From Candidatus Nanopelagicales bacterium (GTDB lineage: Bacteria; Actinomycetota; Actinomycetes; S36-B12), in assembly GCA_028687755.1 (NCBI GenBank), contig JAQTZL010000001.1, positions 201,404-265,403 on the forward strand: a stretch of DNA of 64,000 nt, given 5' to 3'. The position numbers and the translations under genes were made by a program. The notes under the pieces are model-generated. The model was not told the origin of the DNA, searched no databases, and was given only the letters and a program-made list of their open reading frames with translations. The stretch's first letter is position 1. Each line of letters opens with the position of its first letter. Of this stretch, positions 1 through 10,028 are shown one piece after another.

Positions 1-16
1 GATTGCAGGAGTCAAG

Positions 17-214
17 ATGCCTTTTATTCAGATGACCATGCTCGCTGGACGCTCGGTGGAAACTAAGCGTGAGCTGATCAGCAAACTTAATGCTGCAGCC
101 GCTGAAGTGCTTGGTGGTGATCCCGCTCGAATTCGCATTGCATTGGTAGAAGTCACCGGCGATGACTGGGGAATCGGCGGCGAAACCTTTAACGACATCC
201 AAGCCAAGGGCTAA
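17..214 (+). CDS. 4-oxalocrotonate tautomerase family enzyme
   Basis: 65-aa ORF beginning MPFIQ (Pro1 after Met removal). Size and pattern are typical of the tautomerase superfamily. Confidence 0.8.
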   Translation: MPFIQMTMLAGRSVETKRELISKLNAAAAEVLGGDPARIRIALVEVTGDDWGIGGETFNDIQAKG

Positions 215-223
215 ACCAGCAAC

Positions 224-766
224 TTAAGCGGATACGGGTGTAATTCGCCCGGTATGCACGTCATAAATCGCTCCACCGACGACTAGATCTTTTGGTAGAG
301 CCGGATGCGATCGAATGCGTACGACATCAGTGATGAGGGCGTCTTGTTGATTATCGACAGTACGGAATTCAAAACTACGAGTATTGATGCCGAATTCAGC
401 CTCGATTTTTGAATGAATCTCAGACTCACTCGCGCTCGCCATGCGACAGTCGGTGTGCGGCATCACAAGTACGCGATCGACACCTAACAGGTAGGTAGCC
501 AAGATGAGTGTGCGCATGACGTCGTCAGTGACGCGAGCGCCAGCATTACGAATGATTTTCACATCGCCCGGTTGCATACCCAGCAGGTGAAGGGGGGAAA
601 TGCGCGAATCCATACAGGTGATAACCGCCAGGCCCTTGGCAGCCTGTCCAGTTAGCCCAGAATCAGCGAAGGTTTCCACAAACGCTTCATTGCCCGCCAA
701 TACATCGGCAAAGGCGGCCGTTGGGAAAGCTGCGAGGTTGTTGGCATCGTAAATCGGCATGACCAC
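224..766 (-). CDS. beta-class carbonic anhydrase
   Basis: 180 aa with CMDSR and HTDC zinc-ligand motifs (VITCMDSRI ... VMPHTDCRM). Confidence 0.85.
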   Translation of the reverse strand: MVMPIYDANNLAAFPTAAFADVLAGNEAFVETFADSGLTGQAAKGLAVITCMDSRISPLHLLGMQPGDVKIIRNAGARVTDDVMRTLILATYLLGVDRVLVMPHTDCRMASASESEIHSKIEAEFGINTRSFEFRTVDNQQDALITDVVRIRSHPALPKDLVVGGAIYDVHTGRITPVSA

Positions 767-777
767 AATCTAATGGA

Positions 778-2838
778 TTAGGCGTCGATCCGGTCACGAT
801 CCAGGGATGCTGCACCTTCAACGATGAATTCCTTACGTGGAGCCACATCGTTGCCCATCAACAAATCAAAGACTTCAATTGCCGCGGTTGCATCGTTCAT
901 CGTGATGCGACGCAAAGTGCGATGGGCTGGATCCATGGTGGTTTCACGCAATTGGCTTGCGTCCATTTCGCCCAAGCCCTTGTAGCGCTGAACGGGATCT
1001 TTCACCTTCTTGCCCTTCTTTTCTGCATCCGCGAGCACTGCACGCATTTCAGCATCAGAGTAGGTATAGATCACCTCGTTGGCCTTACTGCCAGCGTTGA
1101 CGATTTCGACCCGGTGCAACGGAGGCACTGCTGCGAAAACGCGACCCGCTTCCAGCATTGGGCGAAGGTATGAGTGAATCAGGGTCAGCAGTAGGCAACG
1201 AATATGAGCACCGTCGACATCCGCATCAGACATCAAAATGATCTTGCCGTAGCGGGCCTGTTCAATATCGAAACTACGGCCAGAACCAGCACCGATCACC
1301 TGAATGATTGCTGCACATTCTGTGTTCTTCAACATGTCAGAAAGGGATGACTTCTGAACGTTCAGAATCTTGCCGCGAATTGGCAACAGTGCCTGGAAGT
1401 CTGAGTTGCGCGCCGTTTTGGCCGTACCAAGAGCACTGTCACCTTCAACGATAAACAGTTCAGAGTGTTCAACCGCATCTGAGCGACAATCGACCAACTT
1501 GGCTGGCAATGCCGATGACTCAAGTGCCGTCTTGCGGCGCTGCGTATCGCGGTGGGCACGCGCGGACACTCGCGCACGCATCGCATTCGCGGCCTTCTCT
1601 AGCACTGCCTTTGTTGCGGCTTTATCTCCGCGCGGTGGAGTGGCGAACCACTTCGTGAGTTCCTTGGTGACCACATTGCCAACGATGCGAGTGGCTGCAG
1701 GTGTACCGAGAATTTCTTTGGTCTGACCTTCGAATTGTGGTTCAGCAAGTCGCACAGCAACAACGGAAGTCAGACCCTCGAACACGTCATCTTTGGTGAC
1801 GTTATCTTCACCGGCGCGCAAAATCTTTTGCGCACGTAGTTGATCATTGAATACCTTGGTAATTGCACGTTCAAAGCCATTCACATGCGTGCCGCCCTTT
1901 GGTGTGGCGATGACGTTCACGAATGAGCGCAGCATTGATTCATAACCTGTGTCCCAACGCATCGCGATGTCCACAACAAGTTCACGTTCAACCTCTTGTG
2001 GTGACATGTGACCTTTGTCGTCGATCACTGGCACGGTTTCATGGAAATGACCTTGACCCGCAAGTCGAACAATCGGTGATACAGCCTCGCTGTTACTCAG
2101 CGACTCGACATATTCGCCAATGCCACCCTTGTGTTGGAACTGCTCTTCGTAGATGTCCCCCGCATCGCGCAAATCGTGCAGCGCAATCGTTAGGCCTGGA
2201 ACAAGGAAGGTGGATTGCATCGCACGATCGCGCAGAGCGGTGCGGTCATACGCTGCATCCTTGGTGAAGATTTGAAGATCTGCCCACCAGCGCACTCGAG
2301 TACCAGTGCGAGTGCGTGGAGCTTTGCCAAGAATGGTGAGTCCTGATTTCTTCGTGAATGACGCGTCAGGACCCTCACCATCGAAAGAACCGGTAACACC
2401 GCGACGGAACGAAACCCCGTGGACCTTGCCAACACGATCAACTTCAACGTCTACTCGAGAAGACAAGGCATTCACAACGGATGCACCTACACCGTGCAGG
2501 CCACCGGAAGCTGCGTATGAGCCGCCACCGAATTTGCCACCTGCATGCAGCTTGGTCATCACGACTTCAACACCGCTGAGCTTGGTCTTTGGTTCTACGT
2601 CGACAGGAATACCGCGACCGTCATCCTTTACTTCGGCAGAGCCGTCTGGATGCAACGTGATATCGATCGTGGAACAGTGGCCAGCTAGTGCTTCGTCAAC
2701 CGCATTGTCGACAATCTCCCAGAGGCAATGCATAAGGCCGCGGCCGTCATTGGAGCCGATGTACATGCCCGGGCGTTTACGAACGGCATCGAGGCCTTCG
2801 AGGACAGAAAGATCTTTTGCTGAGTAATTCGAGGCCAC
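778..2838 (-). CDS. type IIA DNA topoisomerase subunit B (GyrB/ParE family)
   Basis: 686 aa with a GHKL ATPase N-terminus (VRKRPGMYIGS, LWEIVDNAVDE), the Toprim EGDSA motif and PLRGKILNV. Its position near the principal sigma factor matches the second GyrB-like subunit of actinobacteria. Confidence 0.9.
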   Translation of the reverse strand: MASNYSAKDLSVLEGLDAVRKRPGMYIGSNDGRGLMHCLWEIVDNAVDEALAGHCSTIDITLHPDGSAEVKDDGRGIPVDVEPKTKLSGVEVVMTKLHAGGKFGGGSYAASGGLHGVGASVVNALSSRVDVEVDRVGKVHGVSFRRGVTGSFDGEGPDASFTKKSGLTILGKAPRTRTGTRVRWWADLQIFTKDAAYDRTALRDRAMQSTFLVPGLTIALHDLRDAGDIYEEQFQHKGGIGEYVESLSNSEAVSPIVRLAGQGHFHETVPVIDDKGHMSPQEVERELVVDIAMRWDTGYESMLRSFVNVIATPKGGTHVNGFERAITKVFNDQLRAQKILRAGEDNVTKDDVFEGLTSVVAVRLAEPQFEGQTKEILGTPAATRIVGNVVTKELTKWFATPPRGDKAATKAVLEKAANAMRARVSARAHRDTQRRKTALESSALPAKLVDCRSDAVEHSELFIVEGDSALGTAKTARNSDFQALLPIRGKILNVQKSSLSDMLKNTECAAIIQVIGAGSGRSFDIEQARYGKIILMSDADVDGAHIRCLLLTLIHSYLRPMLEAGRVFAAVPPLHRVEIVNAGSKANEVIYTYSDAEMRAVLADAEKKGKKVKDPVQRYKGLGEMDASQLRETTMDPAHRTLRRITMNDATAAIEVFDLLMGNDVAPRKEFIVEGAASLDRDRIDA

Positions 2839-3050
2839 CGGTCGAACCTACTTGCGTGAGGCTGCTAACCCTTGCAATGGCGCGAATGAACCCTTGTTCA
2901 CTCGTGAAAAATGGTCACAATTTGGTTTCGCTTTAGGTGAAACACCCCGGCGTGGCATCGCGGGAATAAGTTCGGGGTGTAAGACTGTTATCCACATTGC
3001 AAAGGCATCCTGCCGAGCTAAGAGTTGGAGGGTTTGACGTGAACGCCACG

Positions 3051-3257
3051 ATGACTGCACCCGTACTCGCTGCAACCGATCGCTGCGATCGTTGCAATGC
3101 TCAGGCCTACGTTCGCGTAGTGCTTCCTGGCGGCTTGGATTTGTTATTTTGCAGCCACCACTGGAACAGCAACGAGGATGCCCTGCGTCCCCAGGCTGTT
3201 GAGGTAGTTGATGAGACTCACCGCTTGCTGACACCAATTACTTCAAGCCCTGAGTAA
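3051..3257 (+). CDS. small conserved actinobacterial Cys-containing protein (DUF7455-like, name from memory)
   Basis: The ORF contains CDRCNAQAYV ... LFCSHH. I moved the start to the internal ATG at 3051. A hairpin terminator follows. Confidence 0.45.
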   Translation: MTAPVLAATDRCDRCNAQAYVRVVLPGGLDLLFCSHHWNSNEDALRPQAVEVVDETHRLLTPITSSPE

Positions 3258-3273
3258 AGGTACCCAAGACAAC

Positions 3274-3303
3274 AACAGGCCCCGGATTTTTCCGGGGCCT
3301 GTT
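3274..3303. terminator. GC-rich hairpin between convergent genes
   Basis: aacaggccccgg / attttt / ccggggcctgtt forms a perfect 12-bp stem. It lies between the 3' ends of the 3051..3257 (+) and 3322..4623 (-) genes. Confidence 0.6.
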
Positions 3304-3321
3304 GCATTGGGCATTGGCTTA

Positions 3322-4623
3322 TTAGCTCAGAATTACCTGCCCTGTTTTTGTATCGATGTACTTGGCGCCGCAGGTTGGCTTTGGATCCGCAACCAATTCG
3401 GTGCCCTTGGCGATCATGAACCAACCACACACCGCAGGATTGCCATTAGGCATGATTCCAGGTGCCTTGAAATTGATCTTTTCGGGAATCAATCCATTTG
3501 CATCCCATGCCGGAGTGTTACGTAATCCATTGATGAACGAGGCGCGCGTTGGGCATTTGCCTGCTTTTTTCACACCAGTAATCAATAGGTCAGCACCTGC
3601 GTATCCCTGTGGAGCTGCCGAGTTGTAAGGGTTAAGCCCAGCTGCTTTCATCGCATTGGTAAAGGTGCGAACGGATGGTCGAGGAACACCAATGGGAACG
3701 GTGCCGTAGTTGGTGCCAAGCGCACCGTCGAGAGCCCCATTAGCCGCCTTAAGAGATGCAGGATCTGACAGACCAACGATGCTCACACCCTTGAGCGAAA
3801 CGCCTTGTTGTTTTAAGGCTTGCATGATCGAAATGGCACCATCAATGAAGCCAACGATGACGGCCCCATCAGCTCCAGAACTTTTGATGCGCAGCGCTGT
3901 TGATGTTGCATCATGTGTGCCCTGTGGCTCATCAGCGATTCGCAACACTTGTGAGAGCCCGCCTACTAGAGGAATCAATCCTGCAGTGGCATTACCCGAT
4001 GCCGATGCACCAGTACTGATGTGGTTAATGTTCGCGATCTTCGTGACACCCATCTGCTTGAGTTTTTCCAAGGTGCCAGTACTGGCAATCGCGGGGTTGG
4101 ATGAAACCGTGGCACCGGTAGTACCAAAAGCATTGCGGTCAGTACCGAAGGCTGGATTGCTAAAACCAGTGACCGGAATACCCTGATCCTTCAAGGTTGC
4201 ATACATCGCCGTTTGACTGGTTTGCGCCGTCAAGGCAAACACGTTGTCTTGCGACAAGGCTTTTTGCACGGCCGAGATTTGATCTGAAGCTGAGGCTTTG
4301 TCGTCATAAATATTGAGCACTAATTTGCGCCCATTCACGCCACCCTTTGCGTTTTCCTGGTCGATTCGCAACTTCGCTGCTTCAGCAGAACCTGTGTAGT
4401 TCGCTGCGGCCGGACCGGTTTTGGGTCCAATCCACCCCAGATTGATCGTGGTTGGTGTGACACCTGGAGTGGCAGGGCATGACGAGTTATTTAACGCCGG
4501 AGACGCTTTGGGTGGTGGTTTCGGCGCGGCTATCGCACCATTGGCCATCAGCCCAACGAGTAGAGAAGTCGTAGCAACCGTCGCTAAGGCGATGGAGCGG
4601 CGATGCTGTTGATGTGAACGCAT
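3322..4623 (-). CDS. ABC transporter substrate-binding protein (LivK/branched-chain amino acid type)
   Basis: 433 aa with an N-terminal signal-like hydrophobic segment and a periplasmic-binding-protein type I pattern. No cognate permease or ATPase is adjacent. Confidence 0.7.
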   Translation of the reverse strand: MRSHQQHRRSIALATVATTSLLVGLMANGAIAAPKPPPKASPALNNSSCPATPGVTPTTINLGWIGPKTGPAAANYTGSAEAAKLRIDQENAKGGVNGRKLVLNIYDDKASASDQISAVQKALSQDNVFALTAQTSQTAMYATLKDQGIPVTGFSNPAFGTDRNAFGTTGATVSSNPAIASTGTLEKLKQMGVTKIANINHISTGASASGNATAGLIPLVGGLSQVLRIADEPQGTHDATSTALRIKSSGADGAVIVGFIDGAISIMQALKQQGVSLKGVSIVGLSDPASLKAANGALDGALGTNYGTVPIGVPRPSVRTFTNAMKAAGLNPYNSAAPQGYAGADLLITGVKKAGKCPTRASFINGLRNTPAWDANGLIPEKINFKAPGIMPNGNPAVCGWFMIAKGTELVADPKPTCGAKYIDTKTGQVILS

Positions 4624-4788
4624 GCAAACCTCCTGAAAGTGTCACGAGCATCGGGATTTCGAAGCCCGCAAGGCAGGAGTACTCCTAGATGTGATCCAGC
4701 ACACAGTCTTGTCCGGACACCGTTATCAATTCGTTATAAACAAAAAGGGACAACAGCAACAATGCGGAAGTTCCCCCCAACGAAAAAT

Positions 4789-4818
4789 GAACGGCCCCAG
4801 ATATATCCGGGGCCGTTC
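4789..4818 (-). terminator. rho-independent terminator downstream of the sigma factor gene
   Basis: gaacggcccc ... ggggccgttc forms a hairpin. On the minus strand it is followed by a T-run (tcatttttcg). Confidence 0.7.
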
Positions 4819-4837
4819 ACGAGATCTGCAATTGACG

Positions 4838-6337
4838 CTAGTCGAGGTAGTCGCGCAATACCTGCGAACGCGATGGGTGACGCAGCTTCGACATCGTCTT
4901 ACTCTCTATTTGTCGAATGCGCTCCCGGGTGACCCCATAGACCTTGCCAATTTCATCGAGAGTCTTTGGCTGACCATCGGTCAATCCAAAGCGCATGCGG
5001 ACCACGCCTGCTTCCCTATCGGACAACGTGTCCAGTACAGACTCAAGCTGTTCTTGGAGCAACGTGAATGAAACAGCATCTGAAGGAACGATTGCTTCAG
5101 AGTCTTCAATGAGGTCACCGAATTCGCTGTCACCTTCTTCGCCGAGTGGCGTGTGCAAGGAAATTGGCTCGCGGCCGTACTTTTGAACTTCCACAACCTT
5201 TTCTGGGGTCATGTCCAATTCTTTAGCAAGCTCTTCTGGGGTCGGTTCGCGACCAAGATCCTGAAGCATCTGACGCTGCACACGTGCCAGCTTGTTAATG
5301 ACTTCAACCATATGCACCGGAATACGAATGGTGCGGGCTTGGTCTGCCATCGCGCGCGTGATTGCCTGACGAATCCACCAGGTTGCGTAGGTCGAGAACT
5401 TGTAACCCTTGGTGTAGTCGAACTTCTCAACTGCACGAATCAAGCCCAAGTTGCCTTCTTGAATCAAGTCGAGGAACAACATGCCACGGCCGGTGTAACG
5501 CTTAGCCAGGGAAACGACCAGACGCAGGTTGGCCTCGAGCAAATGGTTCTTAGCGCGACGGCCGTCTTCAGCAATCCAGCGCATATCGCCTTCAAGCTTC
5601 TTATCCATCTTCTTGGTTTCAGCAAGCTTTTCTTCAGCAAACAATCCAGCTTCGATGCGCTTGGCGAGCTCAACTTCCATCTCAGCGTTGAGCAACGGCA
5701 CCTTGCCGATTTGCTTGAGGTAATCCTTGACCGGGTCAGCGGTTGCACCAGCAACGGTGACGGTCTGGACTGGTTCATCAGTGTCGTCAACATCGGAGAT
5801 GACGAAGCCTTTTTCTTCACCTTCGGCAGGCTTGTCTGCTTCTTTTTCACCATCGGCGTCGTCAGCAACTTCAGCGATGTCTTCTGCAATTTCTGCTTCG
5901 AGTTCAACTTCGAGCTCAGCGACAACCACGAGATCTTCAGCATCGACATCTTCTGCGTTGACATCGACTAGGCCTGCTTCAGTAATGACAACTTCGGCTA
6001 GTTCTTCTTCGTCAATGTCAACCGCTTTGGCACCTTTTTTCGCTGGAGCTGCCTTGATGGGCGCTTCCTTTTTCGCGGCGGCCTTCTTCGCTACTGGTTC
6101 AGGCTTAGTGGCAACCTTTTTTGCAACGGGTGCAGCAGCCTTCTTCGCCGGAGCGACAGCCTTCTTTGCAACAGGTGCCGCGGCCTTTTTCGCCGCAGGC
6201 TTTGCAGCAGCCTTGACCGCTACTTTGGCAGGAGCTGCTTTCTTGGCAGCAGGCGCAGCCTTCTTTGCAGGAGCGGCAGCCTTCTTTGCAGCAGGCGCGG
6301 CTTTCTTTGCTGTGGTCTTTTTTGTTGCGGTCGCCAT
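4838..6337 (-). CDS. rpoD: principal RNA polymerase sigma-70 factor (HrdB/SigA/RpoD)
   Basis: 499 aa carrying [19 protein letters not shown], region 2 ([18 protein letters not shown]) and region 4 ([22 protein letters not shown]). Confidence 0.95.
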   Translation of the reverse strand: MATATKKTTAKKAAPAAKKAAAPAKKAAPAAKKAAPAKVAVKAAAKPAAKKAAAPVAKKAVAPAKKAAAPVAKKVATKPEPVAKKAAAKKEAPIKAAPAKKGAKAVDIDEEELAEVVITEAGLVDVNAEDVDAEDLVVVAELEVELEAEIAEDIAEVADDADGEKEADKPAEGEEKGFVISDVDDTDEPVQTVTVAGATADPVKDYLKQIGKVPLLNAEMEVELAKRIEAGLFAEEKLAETKKMDKKLEGDMRWIAEDGRRAKNHLLEANLRLVVSLAKRYTGRGMLFLDLIQEGNLGLIRAVEKFDYTKGYKFSTYATWWIRQAITRAMADQARTIRIPVHMVEVINKLARVQRQMLQDLGREPTPEELAKELDMTPEKVVEVQKYGREPISLHTPLGEEGDSEFGDLIEDSEAIVPSDAVSFTLLQEQLESVLDTLSDREAGVVRMRFGLTDGQPKTLDEIGKVYGVTRERIRQIESKTMSKLRHPSRSQVLRDYLD

Positions 6338-6439
6338 GTGAGTCTGTAGCGCCTTTCTTCAACCGAGGTCCACGACAAGAGCCCGTGTCAAGCCTTTGCA
6401 GACTTGTACGGGCCGTGGTGAGTCGATTGTGCCATACGC

Positions 6440-7240
6440 CTATTGGCCAGGAGTCAGCACGGCCCGACCCTGGCCAACTGTGACATTGGCGTGGCTTTCT
6501 TGGGTGATCTGCCCATCAACGACAAAGGGGCCTTGTCCGTTGACCGTGTAGGTCGCAGACCACGCCGTTGTGAGGGTCACAGGGAACGTACCGCTATGGC
6601 GGTACCTGTGGCTGACCGCTTGCTGGGGGTAGCGACTTCCCGCTATCGAAGTCGCTAACTGACCTCCATCACCGAATTCCCAAGTCCACGTGGCTCGAGG
6701 AATCAACGTGACCGAAGCCGATCCGAGCCCGTGAGTGGACGCACCAGCATCTTGAGGCTGACCTGAGTCAAAGAGCACCGGTACATGCGGCAATAGCCCG
6801 GCCGGTGGCTGCCAGGTGATGTGAGCAGCGGGTACCGAGCGTTCAAAAGCCGCTTGGAGCTTGGCATCACCTGGATCAACAGCAAGGGTGTTGCCCCCCA
6901 CACAGGTCAGCCCTCGGTCTTCCCAGGTCACGCCATCATCTTGTGAGAACCATTGCCTTCGCTGCTCTTGCCCTGGTGGGCAACCATCCGTGACTGTGCC
7001 GCAGCCAATGTCGTTGTACTGCGAGGAACATGGATCGCCCAACATCCATAGGCAATTGGCACATGCGTGGGTGTTATTGGACTGAGAAGAACCTGAGTGC
7101 TGTTCTTTTTGACTACTTGATCCAACAAATTGATCCGTAGCGTCATTACTTTCCACCTCAACGGCCACAGCGTGAGGTGAATAAGGAACTGCGACCCCCA
7201 AGGCCAAAAGGAGCAACACAAAGATTCTTGATCGACGCAT
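6440..7240 (-). CDS. secreted PKD-like domain protein
   Basis: I chose the start at MRRSRIFVLLLLALGVAV (signal peptide). The C-terminal segment WTWEFGDGG...HRYRHSGTFPVTL resembles a PKD domain. Confidence 0.5.
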   Translation of the reverse strand: MRRSRIFVLLLLALGVAVPYSPHAVAVEVESNDATDQFVGSSSQKEQHSGSSQSNNTHACANCLWMLGDPCSSQYNDIGCGTVTDGCPPGQEQRRQWFSQDDGVTWEDRGLTCVGGNTLAVDPGDAKLQAAFERSVPAAHITWQPPAGLLPHVPVLFDSGQPQDAGASTHGLGSASVTLIPRATWTWEFGDGGQLATSIAGSRYPQQAVSHRYRHSGTFPVTLTTAWSATYTVNGQGPFVVDGQITQESHANVTVGQGRAVLTPGQ

Positions 7241-7310
7241 GCGATCACCGTAAAAAAAATGAAGTGAAATATCTAGGCGAAATTTCGCAACTGTGGATAA
7301 CTCGCCATTG

Positions 7311-8486
7311 CTAGTGAATGCGATCGAGCGCAATCTTGACGAAGACTGCTACCTGTTCATCCTCGACAAGGAAACCGTCATGGCCAACAAGCGACTCAAC
7401 TACATAAAGATGCTCTGCTCCTGGAGCATGATCCACGATGCGCTGTTGCTGGTGCACGGGGAAAAGTCGATCTGAATTAATACCCACGACCGTAAGCGGC
7501 GCAGTGATCTGCGCGAGTGCAGCCTCTACTCCCCCGCGATTACGACCAAGATCAAACAAACTCATTGCATTAGTTAATGCAATATATGTATTGGCATCGA
7601 ACCGTCTCGCGAGCTTGTCGGCATGATGTTCAAGGTACGACTCCAGCGCAAAACGCCCAGAGCGCTTGCCCTGGCTCCAGGCGTATGGATCTTCACCTAG
7701 TTGATGATCTCGACCAAAGCGTTCAGCGAGTTCCACTTCACTTCGATAGGTCAGGTGTGCAAATTGACGAGCAACACCCATGCCACGGTGCGGACCTTGA
7801 CCATCAGGTTGCTCGTAGTAATCGCCATTCAAGAAATATGGATCTGCATATATCGCAGCAAGTTGTGCAGCATGGGTGCCAATTTCATCTGCGCTGACGG
7901 CTGCAGTGGTGCCAAGCACCATGCCGCTAGCAATGCGATCGGGATAACGAAGCATCCAATCTAAGACGCGCATTCCGCCCAGAGAGGGACCCAGCATGAG
8001 TGCCCAACGGTTGATGTCAATGGCGTCGGTGAAACGACGTTCAACTTCGACCATGTCTTCGATCGTGACCGTTGGGAAACGACCACCCCACGGTTTGCCA
8101 TCAGGTGCAAGTGAAGCTGGCCCGGTCGTACCTTGGCAACCACCAAGGATGTTGGCGCAGACAACAAACCACTCATCTGTGTCGATTGCCTTGCCAGCAC
8201 CAACGAGCGCATCCCACCAACCGCCAGTCTTATGACCGATGCCCGCTGTGCCTGCAACATGCGAATCACCCGTGAGTGCATGAGCGATGTACACCGCATT
8301 GGAACCATCTGCATTCAACGTGCCCCAAGTTTCATAGGCGACGCTCACATTGGCAAAGGTGAAACCAGACTCGGTCGTGAATTCACCAATGTCGATAAAG
8401 CGGCGATCGCCTACAGGATCCCCTTCCCGCCAAGCAGCGCTGGCAGGAGGAAGACCCTCGTAGGCGATCGGTCCGTAATTCATCAT
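7311..8486 (-). CDS. metX: homoserine O-acetyltransferase
   Basis: 391-aa alpha/beta hydrolase with the GPSLGGM nucleophile elbow. It lies immediately downstream of metY, and its start overlaps the metY stop (TAATG). Confidence 0.9.
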   Translation of the reverse strand: MMNYGPIAYEGLPPASAAWREGDPVGDRRFIDIGEFTTESGFTFANVSVAYETWGTLNADGSNAVYIAHALTGDSHVAGTAGIGHKTGGWWDALVGAGKAIDTDEWFVVCANILGGCQGTTGPASLAPDGKPWGGRFPTVTIEDMVEVERRFTDAIDINRWALMLGPSLGGMRVLDWMLRYPDRIASGMVLGTTAAVSADEIGTHAAQLAAIYADPYFLNGDYYEQPDGQGPHRGMGVARQFAHLTYRSEVELAERFGRDHQLGEDPYAWSQGKRSGRFALESYLEHHADKLARRFDANTYIALTNAMSLFDLGRNRGGVEAALAQITAPLTVVGINSDRLFPVHQQQRIVDHAPGAEHLYVVESLVGHDGFLVEDEQVAVFVKIALDRIH

Positions 8487-9799
8487 TAGGCCTTTGCTGC
8501 AGCAAATCCCAATTCGAGGTCAGCCAAGATGTCATTGATGTCTTCGATACCAACAGCCAGACGAATGAACCCTGGAGTGACACCAGAAGTGAGTTGTTCT
8601 TCAGGTGTGAGTTGTGAATGCGTGGTAGACGCTGGGTGAATGACCAAACTGCGCACATCACCGATGTTGGCGACATGGCTATGCAGTACGAGACCTTCAA
8701 CGAACTTCACGCCGGACTCCAGGCCGCCTTCAATTTCGAAGCCGAGGACGCCACCGTTGCCCTTAGGCGCGTACTTCTTGCCGAGCGCGTACCAAGGGCT
8801 ACTTTCCAAACCTGAGTAGGAAACGCTCTTGACCTGTGGGTGCTTCTCAAGGAACTTGGCAACAGCAAGGGCGTTGTCGCAATGACGCTGTACGCGCAGT
8901 GACAGTGTTTCAATGCCCTGCGAGATCAAGAACGCATTGAAAGGTGAAACCGCAGCGCCAAGGTCACGGAGCAACTGCACACGAGCCTTGAGAATGAATG
9001 CAAGGTTTACGCCGAAGATGCCGCCAACGCCGAGGTCACGCGCGTAGACCAAGCCGTGGTAACTCGGATCTGGCTGGTTGTAGTTAGGGAAACGCTCTGG
9101 GTACTTGGCGTAGTCAAAGGAACCACCATCAATGATCGCTCCAGCAACCGAGGTTCCATGTCCACCGAGATATTTTGTTGCTGAATGAACCACGTAGTCA
9201 GCTCCATGCTTCAACGGTTGAATCAAATACGGGGTCGCAACAGTGTTGTCGATGATCAACGGAACGCCATAGTCATGTGCAACCTTGGCAACCGCATCAA
9301 TGTCGAGTACATCGTTCTTTGGGTTGGCGATGGACTCTGCATAGAAGGCCTTGGTGTTCGGCTGAATTGCCGCCTTCCATGATTCAGGGTCATCAGGGTT
9401 GTCAACAAAAGTGACGGTAATGCCCAACTTTGGCAAGGTGTAGTGGAACAAGTTGTATGTGCCGCCGTACAGCGATGGACTGGAAACAATGTGATCGCCG
9501 GCTTCTGCAATATTCAAAATTGCAAAGGTTTCTGCTGCTTGGCCTGAAGCCACGAGCAAGCCGCCTACGCCACCTTCAAGTGCTGTGATGCGTTCTTCCA
9601 CCACTGCGGTGGTTGGGTTCATCAAACGGGTGTAGATGTTGCCCAGTTCTTTGAGCGCAAACAGATTTGAAGCATGCGTGGTGTCATTGAAGACATAGGA
9701 CGTTGTTTGATAGATCGGCAAAGCGCGTGCGTTCGTGCTTGCGTCGGGTGACTGACCCGCGTGAATCTGAAGGGTGTCAAAGGACCAGTTCTGGCTCAT
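8486..9799 (-). CDS. metY: O-acetylhomoserine aminocarboxypropyltransferase (sulfhydrylase), PLP-dependent
   Basis: 437 aa of the Cys/Met metabolism PLP family (HSATKYLGGHG lysine motif). A SAM riboswitch lies upstream. Confidence 0.9.
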   Translation of the reverse strand: MSQNWSFDTLQIHAGQSPDASTNARALPIYQTTSYVFNDTTHASNLFALKELGNIYTRLMNPTTAVVEERITALEGGVGGLLVASGQAAETFAILNIAEAGDHIVSSPSLYGGTYNLFHYTLPKLGITVTFVDNPDDPESWKAAIQPNTKAFYAESIANPKNDVLDIDAVAKVAHDYGVPLIIDNTVATPYLIQPLKHGADYVVHSATKYLGGHGTSVAGAIIDGGSFDYAKYPERFPNYNQPDPSYHGLVYARDLGVGGIFGVNLAFILKARVQLLRDLGAAVSPFNAFLISQGIETLSLRVQRHCDNALAVAKFLEKHPQVKSVSYSGLESSPWYALGKKYAPKGNGGVLGFEIEGGLESGVKFVEGLVLHSHVANIGDVRSLVIHPASTTHSQLTPEEQLTSGVTPGFIRLAVGIEDINDILADLELGFAAAKA

Positions 9800-9870
9800 G
9801 TCGTGCCTTTCGTGTAATAGAACTTTGAGTTTTTGGGTACGGAAATAGCAGCCGTGCAGGTGGGGTGTGT

Positions 9871-9980
9871 AAAACCCGCGCTTGCCCTGACGTGCAGGGC
9901 CTGGTCCTCACCCGGAGCACCCCACCGCGGTGGAGGGTTGCCGCTCAACTAGCCGGGGCTTAGTGCTGAGACTCTTGACC
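9871..9980 (-). promoter_or_regulatory. SAM-IV riboswitch in the metY-metX leader
   Basis: The minus strand reads GGUCAAGAGUCUCAGCACUAAGCCCCGGCUAGUUGAGCGGCAACCCUCCACCGCGGUGGGGUGCUCCGGGUGAGGACCAGG...GCAAGCGCGGGUUUU. This matches the conserved SAM-IV core as I remember it. Confidence 0.8.
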
Positions 9981-10028
9981 TCTTTGGAAAATATACATAC
10001 TGCAATTCAGATTTACTACCCGAGGGGC

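Noticed and set aside
922-2827. Antisense ORFs within the topoisomerase gene (922..1173, 1370..1726, 1923..2267, 2306..2827).
   Set aside because: They lie fully inside a gene with unambiguous GyrB/ParE motifs on the opposite strand, and they have an unusual composition.
5153-6362. Antisense and alternative-frame ORFs inside the sigma factor gene (5153..5971, 5727..6341, 5464..5964, 6105..6362).
   Set aside because: They are mirror images of the low-complexity Lys/Ala and acidic repeats of rpoD. The rpoD frame carries unambiguous sigma-70 motifs.
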